Shown here: positions 10,451-20,463 of the stretch, one piece after another
Layout: each line of letters starts with the position of its first letter
How positions within the stretch are numbered: the stretch's first letter is position 1
NCBI GenBank assembly: GCA_041653755.1
Contig: JBAZEU010000002.1
Span: 16,707 to 80,706 of the forward strand
DNA from: Minisyncoccota bacterium
GTDB lineage: Bacteria; Patescibacteriota; Minisyncoccia; UBA6257; UBA9933
Direction of reading: 5' to 3'
DNA: 64,000 bases
The notes under the pieces: model-generated
Told to the model about the DNA's origin: nothing
What the model saw: the letters and a program-made list of their open reading frames with translations, nothing else
Databases searched by the model: none
Position numbers and translations under genes: made by a program

Positions 10451-12589
10451 ATGAAAGAAGATTTTGATAAGCCATACGATCCAAAAAGCGCTGAAGCAAG
10501 AATTTACCAACTTTGGGAAGAGGGTGGTTTTTTTGACCCTGATAAGTTAAAAACGGATAAAAAGAAAAAGACATATTCTATTCTTCTCCCGCCGCCAAAC
10601 GTTACCGGCTCACTTCATCTTGGGCATGCTTTAAATGCCACCGTTTCCGATATTTTAATCAGATTTAATAGGATGACAGGCAAAAAAACTGTTTGGTTGC
10701 CGGGCATAGATCATGCCGGAATTGCTACTCAAAATGTTGTTGAAAAAGAATTAAGAAAGCAGGGGACAAGCAGATATGAATTAGGAAGAGAAAAATTCAT
10801 CGAAAGGGTTTGGCAGTGGAAAGAACAGTATGGATCAATAATTTTGGACCAGTTCAAACGATTGGGCGCTTCTTGCGATTGGTCTCGTCTGCGATTTACT
10901 TTGGATGAAAAATACGCCGATGAAGTTCTTAAAACATTTGTTCATTATTATGAGAAAGGGCTGATTTATCGCGGTTCTAGGGTGGTTAATTGGTGTCCAA
11001 GATGTCGGACAAGTTTGTCTGATTTGGAGGTACGCCATGAAGAAACCAAAACTAAATTATGGTACATAAAATACCCATTAGCAATTAAGAATGCAGAATT
11101 AAGAATGCAGAATTATATTGTTGTGGCGACGACTAGACCGGAAACAATGCTTGGCGATACTGCGGTAGCGGTTAATCCGTCAGATCCACGCTATAAAAAT
11201 CTAGTCGGACAAAAAGTTATTTTACCTATTCAAAATAAAAAGATTCCTATTATCGCCGATAGAAACGTGGATAAAGATTTTGGTACTGGCGCAGTGAAAG
11301 TTACACCAGCTCATAGTTTCACTGATTTTGAAATTGGAGAAAAAAATGGTTTAGAAATAGTTGAAGTTATTGGTCAAGACGGAAGAATGACAGAATTGGC
11401 AGGCATTAATTTCGCAGGATTAAAAATTGACGAGGCAAGAGAAAAAATAGTTCAAGAATTAGAAAAAGAAGGTTTGCTTGAAAAAATTGAGGACTACAAT
11501 AATTATGTTGGTCATTGCGATCGTTGCAATGCAGTTTTGGAACAGTTGATAAGCCCGCAGTGGTTTTTGAGAATGGATCATTTGAAAGATTTTGCGGTTA
11601 AAATTGTCCGCTCCGGCAAAACGAAAATCATTCCCAAAAATTTCGAAAAAACATATCTTAGTTGGCTTAATAATGTAAGGGACTGGTGCATTTCAAGGCA
11701 GATTTGGTGGGGGCACCGGCTTCCTGTCTATTTTTGCGAACAGAAGACAGAAGAATTCACAGTTTCGTTGGCGAAACCAGATAAATGTCCAATCTGCGGT
11801 AATTGTAAGATGAAGCAGTCAGAAGATGTTTTAGATACTTGGTTTTCGTCAGCACTTTGGCCGTTTGCGGCATTGTCTAAAAAGGACTTGCAGGATTTTT
11901 ATCCGAGCCAGGTTTTAATAACAGCCAGAGACATTATAAATCTTTGGGTAGCCAGAATGATTTTTTCCGGGATGGAGTTTAAGAGTGAAACGCCTTTCGA
12001 AAAAACCTTAATTCACGCCACTATTTTGACTAAGGACGGCAAGAGAATGTCGAAAAGCAAAGGGACTGGCATTGACCCGTTAATATTAATTGATAATTTC
12101 GGCGCTGACGCTTTGCGTTTCGGGATCATTTGGCAGTCGATGGGAAATCAGGATATTCGTTTTGATGAAACCGCTGTGATGGCTGGGAAAAAATTTGCCA
12201 ATAAAATCTGGAACGCTACAAGATTTGTGTTACAAAATGCGGAGTCAAAAGCAGGGGGAAAAGATTCAAAATCAAAACCTAAAACTCCGGCAGATAAAAA
12301 AGTTTTAGACAAGCTTCAGAAAGCCAAAAAATCCGTCGAGAAAGACATAAACAGTTTTAAATTTGGCCAGGCGCTTCATAAAGTATATGATTTTTTCTGG
12401 CATGATTTTTGCGATGTTTATATCGAGAAATCGAAAAAACAATCCGGTGACAAAACATTTATCTTTTTTATTCTTTTAGAATCGCTTAAGCTTATTCATC
12501 CTTTTATGCCGTTTGTTACCGAAGAAATCTATCAAAAAATTAAACCAAAAGGTTCGGCGAAAGCGCTGATGATTGAAAAATGGGATTAA
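10451..12589 (+). CDS. valS: valyl-tRNA synthetase (short form lacking the C-terminal coiled coil)
   Basis: PPPNVTGSLHLGHAL (HIGH motif), PGIDHAGIATQ, KMSKSKGT. Confidence 0.85.
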   Translation: MKEDFDKPYDPKSAEARIYQLWEEGGFFDPDKLKTDKKKKTYSILLPPPNVTGSLHLGHALNATVSDILIRFNRMTGKKTVWLPGIDHAGIATQNVVEKELRKQGTSRYELGREKFIERVWQWKEQYGSIILDQFKRLGASCDWSRLRFTLDEKYADEVLKTFVHYYEKGLIYRGSRVVNWCPRCRTSLSDLEVRHEETKTKLWYIKYPLAIKNAELRMQNYIVVATTRPETMLGDTAVAVNPSDPRYKNLVGQKVILPIQNKKIPIIADRNVDKDFGTGAVKVTPAHSFTDFEIGEKNGLEIVEVIGQDGRMTELAGINFAGLKIDEAREKIVQELEKEGLLEKIEDYNNYVGHCDRCNAVLEQLISPQWFLRMDHLKDFAVKIVRSGKTKIIPKNFEKTYLSWLNNVRDWCISRQIWWGHRLPVYFCEQKTEEFTVSLAKPDKCPICGNCKMKQSEDVLDTWFSSALWPFAALSKKDLQDFYPSQVLITARDIINLWVARMIFSGMEFKSETPFEKTLIHATILTKDGKRMSKSKGTGIDPLILIDNFGADALRFGIIWQSMGNQDIRFDETAVMAGKKFANKIWNATRFVLQNAESKAGGKDSKSKPKTPADKKVLDKLQKAKKSVEKDINSFKFGQALHKVYDFFWHDFCDVYIEKSKKQSGDKTFIFFILLESLKLIHPFMPFVTEEIYQKIKPKGSAKALMIEKWD

Positions 12590-13278
12590 TTATTTTTGCC
12601 TTAGTTTTAGGGTTGATTCCAAGCTTTGCCTGGCTCCTTTTCTTCTTAAAAGAGGATGTCCATCCCGAACCAAAGAAATTAATTGCTTCAACCTTTATCT
12701 TTGGGCTTATTGCTGCCTTGTTTGCTTTGTTTATTGAATATACTCTGGCAAAAAGCGTGAAAATTTTACAGATAGAGAATTATGGCGTTATATCTCTTTT
12801 GATAATGGCGGGCATAGAAGAGATTATCAAATTTATTTTCGTGTTTCTTTTGGTCAAAAGCAGTTTGTGTAATGAGTGCGAGGAGCCGATTGATATAATG
12901 GTTTATATGATAACTGCCGCTTTGGGCTTTGCCGCTTTTGAGAATTTAGCCGTAACCCTGAATATCGTCGCTTCACCTTTTAATGATTTAATTCTTAACC
13001 AGATGACGGGGACAATTATTTTCCGTTTTATCGGCGCTACTCTTCTTCACGCTTTAGCTTCTGGCGTCATAGGATATTGGTGGGCAACCGGAGTATTGCG
13101 TTACAGGCCTAAGATTTTTATTATTAACGGTTTGATTATCGCTGTCCTCTTGCATACATTTTTTAACTATCTTATACTTTCTTTTAAAGACACTATTGTT
13201 TACCCGACTATTTTTTTAAGCATTATTGCTTTTTTTACTTTTCTAAACTTTGATCAATTAAGAAAGAAAAATCCATGA
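12580..13278 (+). CDS. PrsW-family intramembrane protease-like protein
   Basis: Polytopic membrane protein with EExxK (EEIIK) and HxxxN (HTFFN) motifs. Confidence 0.5.
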   Translation: MGLIIFALVLGLIPSFAWLLFFLKEDVHPEPKKLIASTFIFGLIAALFALFIEYTLAKSVKILQIENYGVISLLIMAGIEEIIKFIFVFLLVKSSLCNECEEPIDIMVYMITAALGFAAFENLAVTLNIVASPFNDLILNQMTGTIIFRFIGATLLHALASGVIGYWWATGVLRYRPKIFIINGLIIAVLLHTFFNYLILSFKDTIVYPTIFLSIIAFFTFLNFDQLRKKNP

Positions 13279-13808
13279 GTGATAACGACCAAAAAGATTT
13301 TTTTGCCAAATTATTGGGCATAGAAGAAGCCGCCGAAAAGGGCCAGGTGGCTGATCGAAAAACCAGAGGAAGAAACAGGATAAAGCCCGAAGCGGAAAAA
13401 TCGTCAATCGACCAGCCGAAAATGATCATTGAAAAAGGTTCCGAAGAAACGATTGAACCGGATATTTTTGACGAATCAGAGGGACAATTGACTATAGATG
13501 TTTATCAAACGCCAACTTCTATTATCGTTGAATCAGCTTTGGCAGGAGTAAATGCTGAAGAATTAGATATCGCTATCACGGCTGAATCGGTTTCTATTAG
13601 AGGGAAAAGAGAGAAGATAGAAAAAGTTGAAGAAAAAGACTATTTATATCAAGAATGCTATTGGGGAAGATTTTCGCGTTCAATTATCCTGCCACAGGAA
13701 ATTGATCCGGACAGAGCGCAGGCATCTTTGAAAAATGGTGTTCTAAAAATTGTTTTGCCTAAGCTCAATAAACAAAAAACCAAAAAACTCAAAGTGAAAT
13801 TCGACTAA
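13275..13808 (+). CDS. Hsp20/alpha-crystallin family small heat-shock protein
   Basis: ACD-like LTIDVYQTP ... AEELDIAI ... NGVLKIVLPK. Confidence 0.75.
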   Translation: MSDNDQKDFFAKLLGIEEAAEKGQVADRKTRGRNRIKPEAEKSSIDQPKMIIEKGSEETIEPDIFDESEGQLTIDVYQTPTSIIVESALAGVNAEELDIAITAESVSIRGKREKIEKVEEKDYLYQECYWGRFSRSIILPQEIDPDRAQASLKNGVLKIVLPKLNKQKTKKLKVKFD

Positions 13809-13843
13809 AAAATCCCCCCGATGTTTATCGGGGGGATTTTTTT
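13807..13843. terminator. bidirectional rho-independent terminator
   Basis: atccccccgat/atcggggggat hairpin flanked by A- and T-runs between convergent hsp20 and ndk. Confidence 0.75.
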
Positions 13844-14360
13844 ATGCCCAGACGGTTGTTTCTTTTGATTTTACTTTTATTCTTTTTGTTTTAAAGACAG
13901 TACTTACTAATTCTTCTGGTTCAAACCACACTTTTATTTCTCGTTCCGCGCCTTCTCTAGAATCAGAAGCGTGGATTACGGTTTCAAAGACTCCTGTTTT
14001 GGTGTTTATTCTTCCGTAGCGTCCGCTTATCGTGTTTGGTTTGGCTTCTTCAGGATTGGTTGCGCCTCGTATTTTTCTGATTTTATCGATAGCATTTTTC
14101 CCTTGGTAGACCAAAGCCAATGCTCTGTCGTTAGAATGAAATTCTCCCATCAAGTATTTTATAGTTATTTCATAGATGTGGGGTTTTCTGATATGAAGAT
14201 CGTGATAATGTCTTTTGGCTAATTCACGGTCAATTTTTAAAATTTTCGCGCCGACAATTTTTAGCCGCGCTTCCGAAAGCGCGGTCAAAATATTGCCGGT
14301 TAAGCTTTTCGCAATCGCATCCGGCTTTATAATAATTAATGTTTGCTGTTCTTTTTCCAT
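13842..14360 (-). CDS. ndk: nucleoside diphosphate kinase
   Basis: TLIIIKPDA ... HASD motifs; start moved to the internal ATG at 14360 because the longer ORF would run through the tRNA at 14369-14440. Confidence 0.8.
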   Translation of the reverse strand: MEKEQQTLIIIKPDAIAKSLTGNILTALSEARLKIVGAKILKIDRELAKRHYHDLHIRKPHIYEITIKYLMGEFHSNDRALALVYQGKNAIDKIRKIRGATNPEEAKPNTISGRYGRINTKTGVFETVIHASDSREGAEREIKVWFEPEELVSTVFKTKRIKVKSKETTVWA

Positions 14361-14368
14361 AATATTTG

Positions 14369-14440
14369 TGCCCTCGAGAGGAATCGAACCCCTATTTGAA
14401 ACTCCGCAAGCTCCCGTCCTATCCATTGAACGACGAGGGC
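14369..14440 (-). tRNA. tRNA-Arg (anticodon read as GCG)
   Basis: Reverse complement GCCCTCGTCGTTCAATGGATAGGACG...; anticodon stem GGAGC/GTTTC with loop TTGCGGA; T-loop GGTTCGATTCC. Confidence 0.6.
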
Positions 14441-14444
14441 AACC

Positions 14445-14936
14445 CTAAAACCTTAATAACCTTGAAATAGAATCCATTAATCCTAACGGATATTGGTTTT
14501 CCGGTAAAATGCGGGAAACTATTTTTCTGATTTCCTCTTCTTTGTCTTTTGGAAAATAAACCTCTAAAAATGGGCTTAGAGCAGTTTTTTTCTTTAAAAC
14601 CAGCTCTTTAAAATTTCCCGAAGAATCTCTTATCCCGAAATCGACAAAATCGTTAGAAAAATTAAACTTTTTTTCGACCTGCCCTTTCTTTAAAAGAATT
14701 TCTGCTTCAGTCATTTCGACTCTCCATTCGCTAGGTTTTTTTGATCCCCATGAAATTATTATTAATTCTCCGATAACGACAAAAACCGCGAACAAAAAAT
14801 TATTTTGCCAAAGAGCCAAAAAAATCAATCCTAAAGCGATAAGAATAGTTACCCAATACCAACCTGCTGATTTCGGTTGATATTCAAAGTCGGGCGCTTT
14901 AAAAATAATTTCGCTTTTTGATTTATTTACTGGCAT
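14445..14936 (-). CDS. hypothetical membrane protein
   Basis: 163 aa ORF with two N-terminal TM segments. Confidence 0.5.
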   Translation of the reverse strand: MPVNKSKSEIIFKAPDFEYQPKSAGWYWVTILIALGLIFLALWQNNFLFAVFVVIGELIIISWGSKKPSEWRVEMTEAEILLKKGQVEKKFNFSNDFVDFGIRDSSGNFKELVLKKKTALSPFLEVYFPKDKEEEIRKIVSRILPENQYPLGLMDSISRLLRF

Positions 14937-14955
14937 AAAAATTGATTAGCTTCAA

Positions 14956-15372
14956 TTACCACCCTGACTTACAGTTATCATCAACTACTTTTTGTAAGCC
15001 CTTATCGTTGCCAAAAGTTTGATCAATGGTATCCCAATTCATGGTTCCTTTCGGAAAATAGCAATTAAGGTCTATAATGTCGTTTATTTTCCTCTGAAAA
15101 TGGCATTTTTCATTTTCTACTCCTAGAATCGTCAGCTCAATCTTTGTCGTGTTGTCCGATCCCGTCATTGCGACAGTCACGGGTAAACATCCGTTCATTC
15201 TACTTACGAAACACCCAGGATCTTCCGCTTGACCGCAATCAACCATTCCATTCTCGGTCGTAGTCCCTTGAGTTGCTTCTTTCGCATTTTTATTAATCAG
15301 AAAGAATATTCCGACACCGATAACAATTAAAGCTAAGATAATAATGATAAATAAACTTTTTTTATTTTTCAT
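14956..15372 (-). CDS. hypothetical secreted/membrane-anchored Cys-rich protein
   Basis: Signal-anchor followed by a Cys-containing soluble domain. Confidence 0.5.
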   Translation of the reverse strand: MKNKKSLFIIIILALIVIGVGIFFLINKNAKEATQGTTTENGMVDCGQAEDPGCFVSRMNGCLPVTVAMTGSDNTTKIELTILGVENEKCHFQRKINDIIDLNCYFPKGTMNWDTIDQTFGNDKGLQKVVDDNCKSGW

Positions 15373-15560
15373 ATCTTTTACATTAATTTGATTACATTAT
15401 CGACCTTTAAATTGTGTTGGTTCCCAGCTGGCGGAACATCGTGAAGGATGTTGGAAAGATACTTCAGCGACAAACCGAGTATATTTACATCCCCAATTTA
15501 AGTCCTCAAATTTAACTTTACTATATCAGATTTTACCCTACCCTGCCACTCACTATTGTT

Positions 15561-16157
15561 TTAAAACGCACTAAATAGCGTTTTTATTCCTAACAAAACT
15601 AAGATAGTGGCCAAAACCTTAAATGTAGTTTCAATAAGGTTTTTTCTTTGTAACAGAGGTCTGAATTGATAAAAAATAAAAGCTAAAGCAAACGTCATTA
15701 TTAGCCAGGCTAATTCAAAAACGGCCAAGAAAATGAATTTTCCGCCAGGAATAGAATTGTTTAATGCTAATGCCTTCGGAACACCAATCGTGATCCAAAA
15801 AATCCAATAGCCGCTATTAAAAGCGGTAAGTAAAATTATTTTGGGAAAGGTTAAAATCTTCTTAGCTTCAGTGTTTATTTCCTTTATTTTCCATACCTGT
15901 GAGCCCAACCAAAACAGAACAAGTGCTCCGCAAACCGAAATAATTTGTATTGCTAATTGATTCAAGCCGATCGCATAAAAAATGAGGAAAACCAGCAAAG
16001 CTCCAATTGTTTCGGCAATTAAAGCGTAGAAGATTACCCGAATTCCTTTTAAGAAACCAAGATTAAGTATCTCTGTAAAAGTTCCAGTCAAAATTGGGCC
16101 TGGGACAGCTCCTCCAACTAATCCCAATAAAAATGCTTCCACGAGTGAAGTGATCAT
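15561..16157 (-). CDS. LysE/RhtB-family translocator-like membrane protein
   Basis: About 6 TM helices; N-terminal GGAVPGPIL motif. Confidence 0.45.
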   Translation of the reverse strand: MITSLVEAFLLGLVGGAVPGPILTGTFTEILNLGFLKGIRVIFYALIAETIGALLVFLIFYAIGLNQLAIQIISVCGALVLFWLGSQVWKIKEINTEAKKILTFPKIILLTAFNSGYWIFWITIGVPKALALNNSIPGGKFIFLAVFELAWLIMTFALAFIFYQFRPLLQRKNLIETTFKVLATILVLLGIKTLFSAF

Positions 16158-16160
16158 AAT

Positions 16161-16487
16161 TTAAAATTCTTCTAATGGATAAATATCAAAAGCCACCTCT
16201 TCGTAAGGATGCACCTTCTTTATTGTCGCAATAACATCTTTTGCAAGGCTGCGTTCACATACAAATTCTATTCGTTCTTCCTGAACCGATTCCAGCTTTC
16301 CAACCTGACCAATAGCTGGATGTGCACCACTTTCAGGTTTGAATCTCCCAATACCCTTAGAGGAAAAGCTACAATAAGTGTAATTTCCGATTTTTCCTGC
16401 GCCAGTCTTACCTATAGCTTCTCTAACTATATCCGTATGAGTTTCGGGAACAAATACAACGATTTTAATGTTTTTTGATTCACTCAT
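16161..16487 (-). CDS. small conserved protein (PII/CutA-like fold, Nif3-insert-domain-related; COG3323-like)
   Basis: 108 aa, [29 protein letters not shown] ... [14 protein letters not shown]. Confidence 0.4.
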   Translation of the reverse strand: [108 protein letters not shown]

Positions 16488-16489
16488 AT

Positions 16490-16852
16490 TTATTCAAATT
16501 CTTCAATGTTTTTTATTGATATAACTACGGCAGCTTTTGGAGTGTAGTTTTTGTTTGTTTCCAAGCCCTTCACATAATCAAAATATTCGCCTGAGGAAAG
16601 ATATTCTGCTTCGCCAGTTATCTTAATTCCGTAGTGATAATCCTCCTCGTAGGCTAACACGAAAACTTTTTTATTGGCCAATATATTCTTCTCAGAGATA
16701 CCCATTTGATTAGAAGTAATGATAAGTTGATCCTTCTCTGCCTTATTAGCCTCGACGATAATAGCGCGAGGCTGGCAATCTTTATCCGTCGTAGCCAAAA
16801 TTACGAGATTTCTTCGACCTAATAGTTCTAATTGTTTTTGATTTAATTCCAT
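16490..16852 (-). CDS. pyridoxamine 5'-phosphate oxidase-like FMN-binding family protein
   Basis: 120 aa split-barrel-like; NLVILATTDKDCQPRAIIV pattern. Confidence 0.45.
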   Translation of the reverse strand: MELNQKQLELLGRRNLVILATTDKDCQPRAIIVEANKAEKDQLIITSNQMGISEKNILANKKVFVLAYEEDYHYGIKITGEAEYLSSGEYFDYVKGLETNKNYTPKAAVVISIKNIEEFE

Positions 16853-16865
16853 ATTATTAAGTTAA

Positions 16866-17834
16866 TTATAATCTTATTTCTTTTTCTAACCAATCTATTT
16901 TCTCATGCCTGCGCCGCCAGAATATGTCCTCCCAGATATAGTGAACTGCCAGCATCGAATAGCGACCATATTGCTTAAGAATATCCTTACGGATTGTGTT
17001 GGTTGAAACGAGTTTTTTATTATAGAAAAGCATTGAATAAATCTTCTGCTGCCAGGGAGCAATATGATCAAAAACATCGTAATGATGCAAGGCCTCAAAA
17101 AGCAATATACGTGAACTTTCAGGGCCGATTCCGTAAAGTTTAATCAGTTCATTTTTGGCATTCTCTTTATCAAGTGTCCGCAGTTGCATCTCATCCACCT
17201 TCTCTGCCGCAAAATCTTCAGAAAGACGTTTAATAAACTTCGCCCGATATCCAATCCTAAGATCGCGCAATTCCTGCTCGGTGACATCGGCCAAATCCTT
17301 GGGTAGCCAGATGGCATAAAAAGTCTTCTTATCAAACTCAACCTTAGTGCCGTATTTACTGAGCAATGCGTCTAACATTTGCTGACTACGTCGTACAGTC
17401 GCATTTTGTAAAACTACTGCGATTATAAGGAGTTCGTAGAGTGTGAACTGGCTCAGATTACGCATACCCATCCATTTCTTAAATATGGGATAGAATCGTT
17501 TATCCTTTTTAGCTAAAGCATTGAATTCTCCAAAATCTCTATCCAGCTCAAATCGCCAACTTATCTCTTTTTTAATAATCTCAAGTTCATCTTTCCCTAT
17601 ATTTCCCTTATAAAAAATTGATACTAAAAGCTCGGGCTTGGTTGCAGTGCCGCCATTTTTAATCTTCAATCCGAATAAATGCTTGCCAATCCGCAATGAT
17701 TGCCAATATACTCCTGGCTCCCAATCTTCCAATTTAAGATTATTAGGAAAATGTGATGGTTTGTGAAAAGTACCATCAAAATTAAATGGTGGCTTGGGAG
17801 AGAGAATAAAGTTTTTTGTAAGATTCAGTTTCAT
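16866..17834 (-). CDS. HhH-GPD superfamily DNA glycosylase (AlkA/Ogg-like)
   Basis: LIKLYGIGPESSRILLFEALHHYDVFDHIAPWQQ resembles the HhH-GPD LPGIG ... PDVFP-D motif; start set at an internal ATG to avoid overlap. Confidence 0.55.
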   Translation of the reverse strand: MKLNLTKNFILSPKPPFNFDGTFHKPSHFPNNLKLEDWEPGVYWQSLRIGKHLFGLKIKNGGTATKPELLVSIFYKGNIGKDELEIIKKEISWRFELDRDFGEFNALAKKDKRFYPIFKKWMGMRNLSQFTLYELLIIAVVLQNATVRRSQQMLDALLSKYGTKVEFDKKTFYAIWLPKDLADVTEQELRDLRIGYRAKFIKRLSEDFAAEKVDEMQLRTLDKENAKNELIKLYGIGPESSRILLFEALHHYDVFDHIAPWQQKIYSMLFYNKKLVSTNTIRKDILKQYGRYSMLAVHYIWEDIFWRRRHEKIDWLEKEIRL

Positions 17835-17836
17835 AC

Positions 17837-18673
17837 CTATTGAATAAACCCGCCATGCACAAAACAACGATAAATTATTTTACCCTTAAGCAAAATCTCC
17901 TCTATACCTGAAAATCTTGATAGGTCGCCGTCTACAGAAAACTTATACTCCCAATCTCCATCAACGAATTCGTTTGGGCCTCTAACGGGAACAGGGCTAT
18001 CATATTCTTGCATCAAGGCTTTTCTAAGAAAATTATAGACTTCTTTTTCTCCAATTTTTTCAGAAAGGATAAAGCCATAATAATTCGCGCCCCATGCTGG
18101 CTTTTCGTCCTGGTAGACAATCTCCTCACCGATAAAGTCTCGGCCACCAAAGTAAGTGTCGTGATAAATTAAGCCATCTTTTTCAAAATGATAATCCTCG
18201 GATTTCGGTCGACTTGATTCAACCTTTGGCGCATTCTTGTTTGCATATGTGCTCTTATTTGCTTCATTAAGAAAATGAGCAAGAACATCTTTCGGCAAGT
18301 CCTGATAATTTGGCAACTGATATTCTGGAATACCCAAAGTCAAACCATACTTTCTAACCTCGTCATATTGGGCTTTGTTATTACGATCGACATGAAAAAC
18401 CTTGTTTCTAAAAATAATGTAATGCTTCTTGTCATTCCTAAAATCTGCATACCAAGAGCTCACATGACTCATATCGATTACTTTGCTCAATTCTTGCGCT
18501 ATATCCTCGGCTTCAGATTCGGGAATCTCGACCCGATGCAAAGTCCATTGCTTTAGCCAGGGAGTTTGATGTTCGTCGATGACAGCCTCAACATTAGTCT
18601 TCAAAATCTTGAGTCGCTTGATGACCTTTGTATTATCCAAACTTTCTTCAATTATTGTGCCTTTGTAATTCAT
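17837..18673 (-). CDS. hypothetical protein
   Basis: 278 aa; 4-nt overlap with the downstream gene. Confidence 0.5.
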   Translation of the reverse strand: MNYKGTIIEESLDNTKVIKRLKILKTNVEAVIDEHQTPWLKQWTLHRVEIPESEAEDIAQELSKVIDMSHVSSWYADFRNDKKHYIIFRNKVFHVDRNNKAQYDEVRKYGLTLGIPEYQLPNYQDLPKDVLAHFLNEANKSTYANKNAPKVESSRPKSEDYHFEKDGLIYHDTYFGGRDFIGEEIVYQDEKPAWGANYYGFILSEKIGEKEVYNFLRKALMQEYDSPVPVRGPNEFVDGDWEYKFSVDGDLSRFSGIEEILLKGKIIYRCFVHGGFIQ

Positions 18674-19413
18674 TTGAAATATATATTTAAAAATTTCCCA
18701 AGCTCTGCGTTTACTTCCTCAATACTATCAGGAGAATAACGATAGTCATGAGTACTATGCAACTCTTTTATAATCTTGGGTTCGGGAGTATCCTCAAATA
18801 ACTTCCTGACGGTTTCGACTGGTGTAAATTCATCCTGATCGCCATAAATCAAAAGCTTCGATTTCTTACAATTTTTCAAGATTTCTCCCGCATTATATTG
18901 CTCGCCATCTTTCCAATAGGCGATCGGCAATTTGAATTCTTTCTGTTCCTTAGTTTCAGAAGTTCCTGGTGGCAAGTCTCTGTATGATAACTTGTAGCCT
19001 TTATTCATGGCTTCTTTGCCTGGCGCTGTGGGTTCTCCAAAGTTCGCCATGATTGGTACAATGCAGACTACGGCCGAATTCTCACTTGCGAATATCGATA
19101 CAGCAGCTCCTCGACTATGACCCAAAAGCAGAGTCGGTTTATTACCAAAATATTCAATCAGTTCGTTGACTGCTTTTATATAATTTGTGGTCGTATATAA
19201 ATCAATAGCCCCTGGACTTTCCCATGTCCCAGGTGGATCAAAGGCCACTGCATAAAAACCTTGCTTTGCGAGATAATCTGCATGGCTTGAAAAACAAGCG
19301 TAATCTTTAGTATCCAAACGGCCAGGCAAAATCAATGCTAATTTTTTAGCATTCTGATCGCCTCGCGTAAGCACCGCTAATTCAAATGATTTTGTTTTGA
19401 TAAGTTTATCCAT
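18670..19413 (-). CDS. alpha/beta-hydrolase fold esterase/lipase family protein
   Basis: GHSRG nucleophile elbow (GxSxG); start at the internal ATG to avoid a 59-nt overlap. Confidence 0.6.
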   Translation of the reverse strand: MDKLIKTKSFELAVLTRGDQNAKKLALILPGRLDTKDYACFSSHADYLAKQGFYAVAFDPPGTWESPGAIDLYTTTNYIKAVNELIEYFGNKPTLLLGHSRGAAVSIFASENSAVVCIVPIMANFGEPTAPGKEAMNKGYKLSYRDLPPGTSETKEQKEFKLPIAYWKDGEQYNAGEILKNCKKSKLLIYGDQDEFTPVETVRKLFEDTPEPKIIKELHSTHDYRYSPDSIEEVNAELGKFLNIYFK

Positions 19414-19417
19414 ATTA

Positions 19418-19864
19418 TTATTGTCCCCAGTCAATAAGTTCTGTAAATCGCAGATAGAATCCAAATGGATCTTCAACTCTGAAATCTCGCCAGAACGTTT
19501 CGCCGTCCTTTTTGCCCGTCACTGGTTGCTTGATGTTATCTTTTATCTTCGGCGCTATCTCATTATAAAAATCATCCACATGAGCGACGGGAATTGTTAA
19601 TTCGGTGGCGTACCCACGTTTTGTGTCTGTAGGAAAGTTCTTAAAATAAGCCTGGTTGTAGACTCTATCGTTACCGCCGTAAAAATTAAGGATCGTGTCA
19701 CCCTCATTATCATGTCGCCTGAGAACAAGATATCCAGGCTCCGTCGCAGTGGCCTTATTCTCCATAATCGGCTCGAAGCCAAGAAGGCCATAAAATTCCT
19801 TGGCAATGTTAAAATCTGGAACGTGTAATTCGATAATCAAATTGTTGCGTATAGGTAATTTCAT
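19418..19864 (-). CDS. VOC/glyoxalase-bleomycin resistance family protein
   Basis: 148 aa with two beta-alpha-beta-beta-beta modules (ELHVPDFNIAKEFY ...). Confidence 0.5.
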   Translation of the reverse strand: MKLPIRNNLIIELHVPDFNIAKEFYGLLGFEPIMENKATATEPGYLVLRRHDNEGDTILNFYGGNDRVYNQAYFKNFPTDTKRGYATELTIPVAHVDDFYNEIAPKIKDNIKQPVTGKKDGETFWRDFRVEDPFGFYLRFTELIDWGQ

Positions 19865-20463
19865 AATTTTTTATCTAATATCAAATATTTTATGAATTCT
19901 TTTCCAAACTCAGTTACTTTCACAAAAGGAGCAGCGATAGGGCCAACTCTGGATGAGTAATCTGACATCAATATTCCAGCAGTGACTAAATCATAAACAA
20001 GTTCATTTTTATTTTTAGTCTGTTCATAAATTTGATGGAAATCAGTCTTAGAAGTATCTACATCTCTCAAGACTACAAAATCATCAGCATTCAGAATACT
20101 TAAGATATGATACATCCTTTCCAACTCAAATCTATTCTGGTTATCAGATTGAGCAAAGCCCAGAAAAATAGCTCGCATCATTTTTCTTTTTTCTTCGTTT
20201 TTTTCACGAATATATCTCTCCAGAGCATACACAAATCCATCTTGAAATTTCGCATCTCTAAGAATGATCTCGGTGAAAGCTGACGGATTATCCTTAACCA
20301 TCTCAACCCATTCAAGCGCTCTCTGCTCACGAAGTTTCAAGCCCGCACCATATAAAGCCTTACTTAGACCCCAGGCTATATTCAGCCCAGGCAACGCCGA
20401 AGCGATTTGATCAGCGATGACTAATGCGGAGTCTTTTATAATTTGTTTATCTTTTTCGTTCAT
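19861..20463 (-). CDS. hypothetical protein, partner of the Mrr-domain fusion protein
   Basis: 200 aa; start overlaps the upstream gene's stop by 4 nt; no recognisable domain. Confidence 0.55.
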   Translation of the reverse strand: MNEKDKQIIKDSALVIADQIASALPGLNIAWGLSKALYGAGLKLREQRALEWVEMVKDNPSAFTEIILRDAKFQDGFVYALERYIREKNEEKRKMMRAIFLGFAQSDNQNRFELERMYHILSILNADDFVVLRDVDTSKTDFHQIYEQTKNKNELVYDLVTAGILMSDYSSRVGPIAAPFVKVTEFGKEFIKYLILDKKL

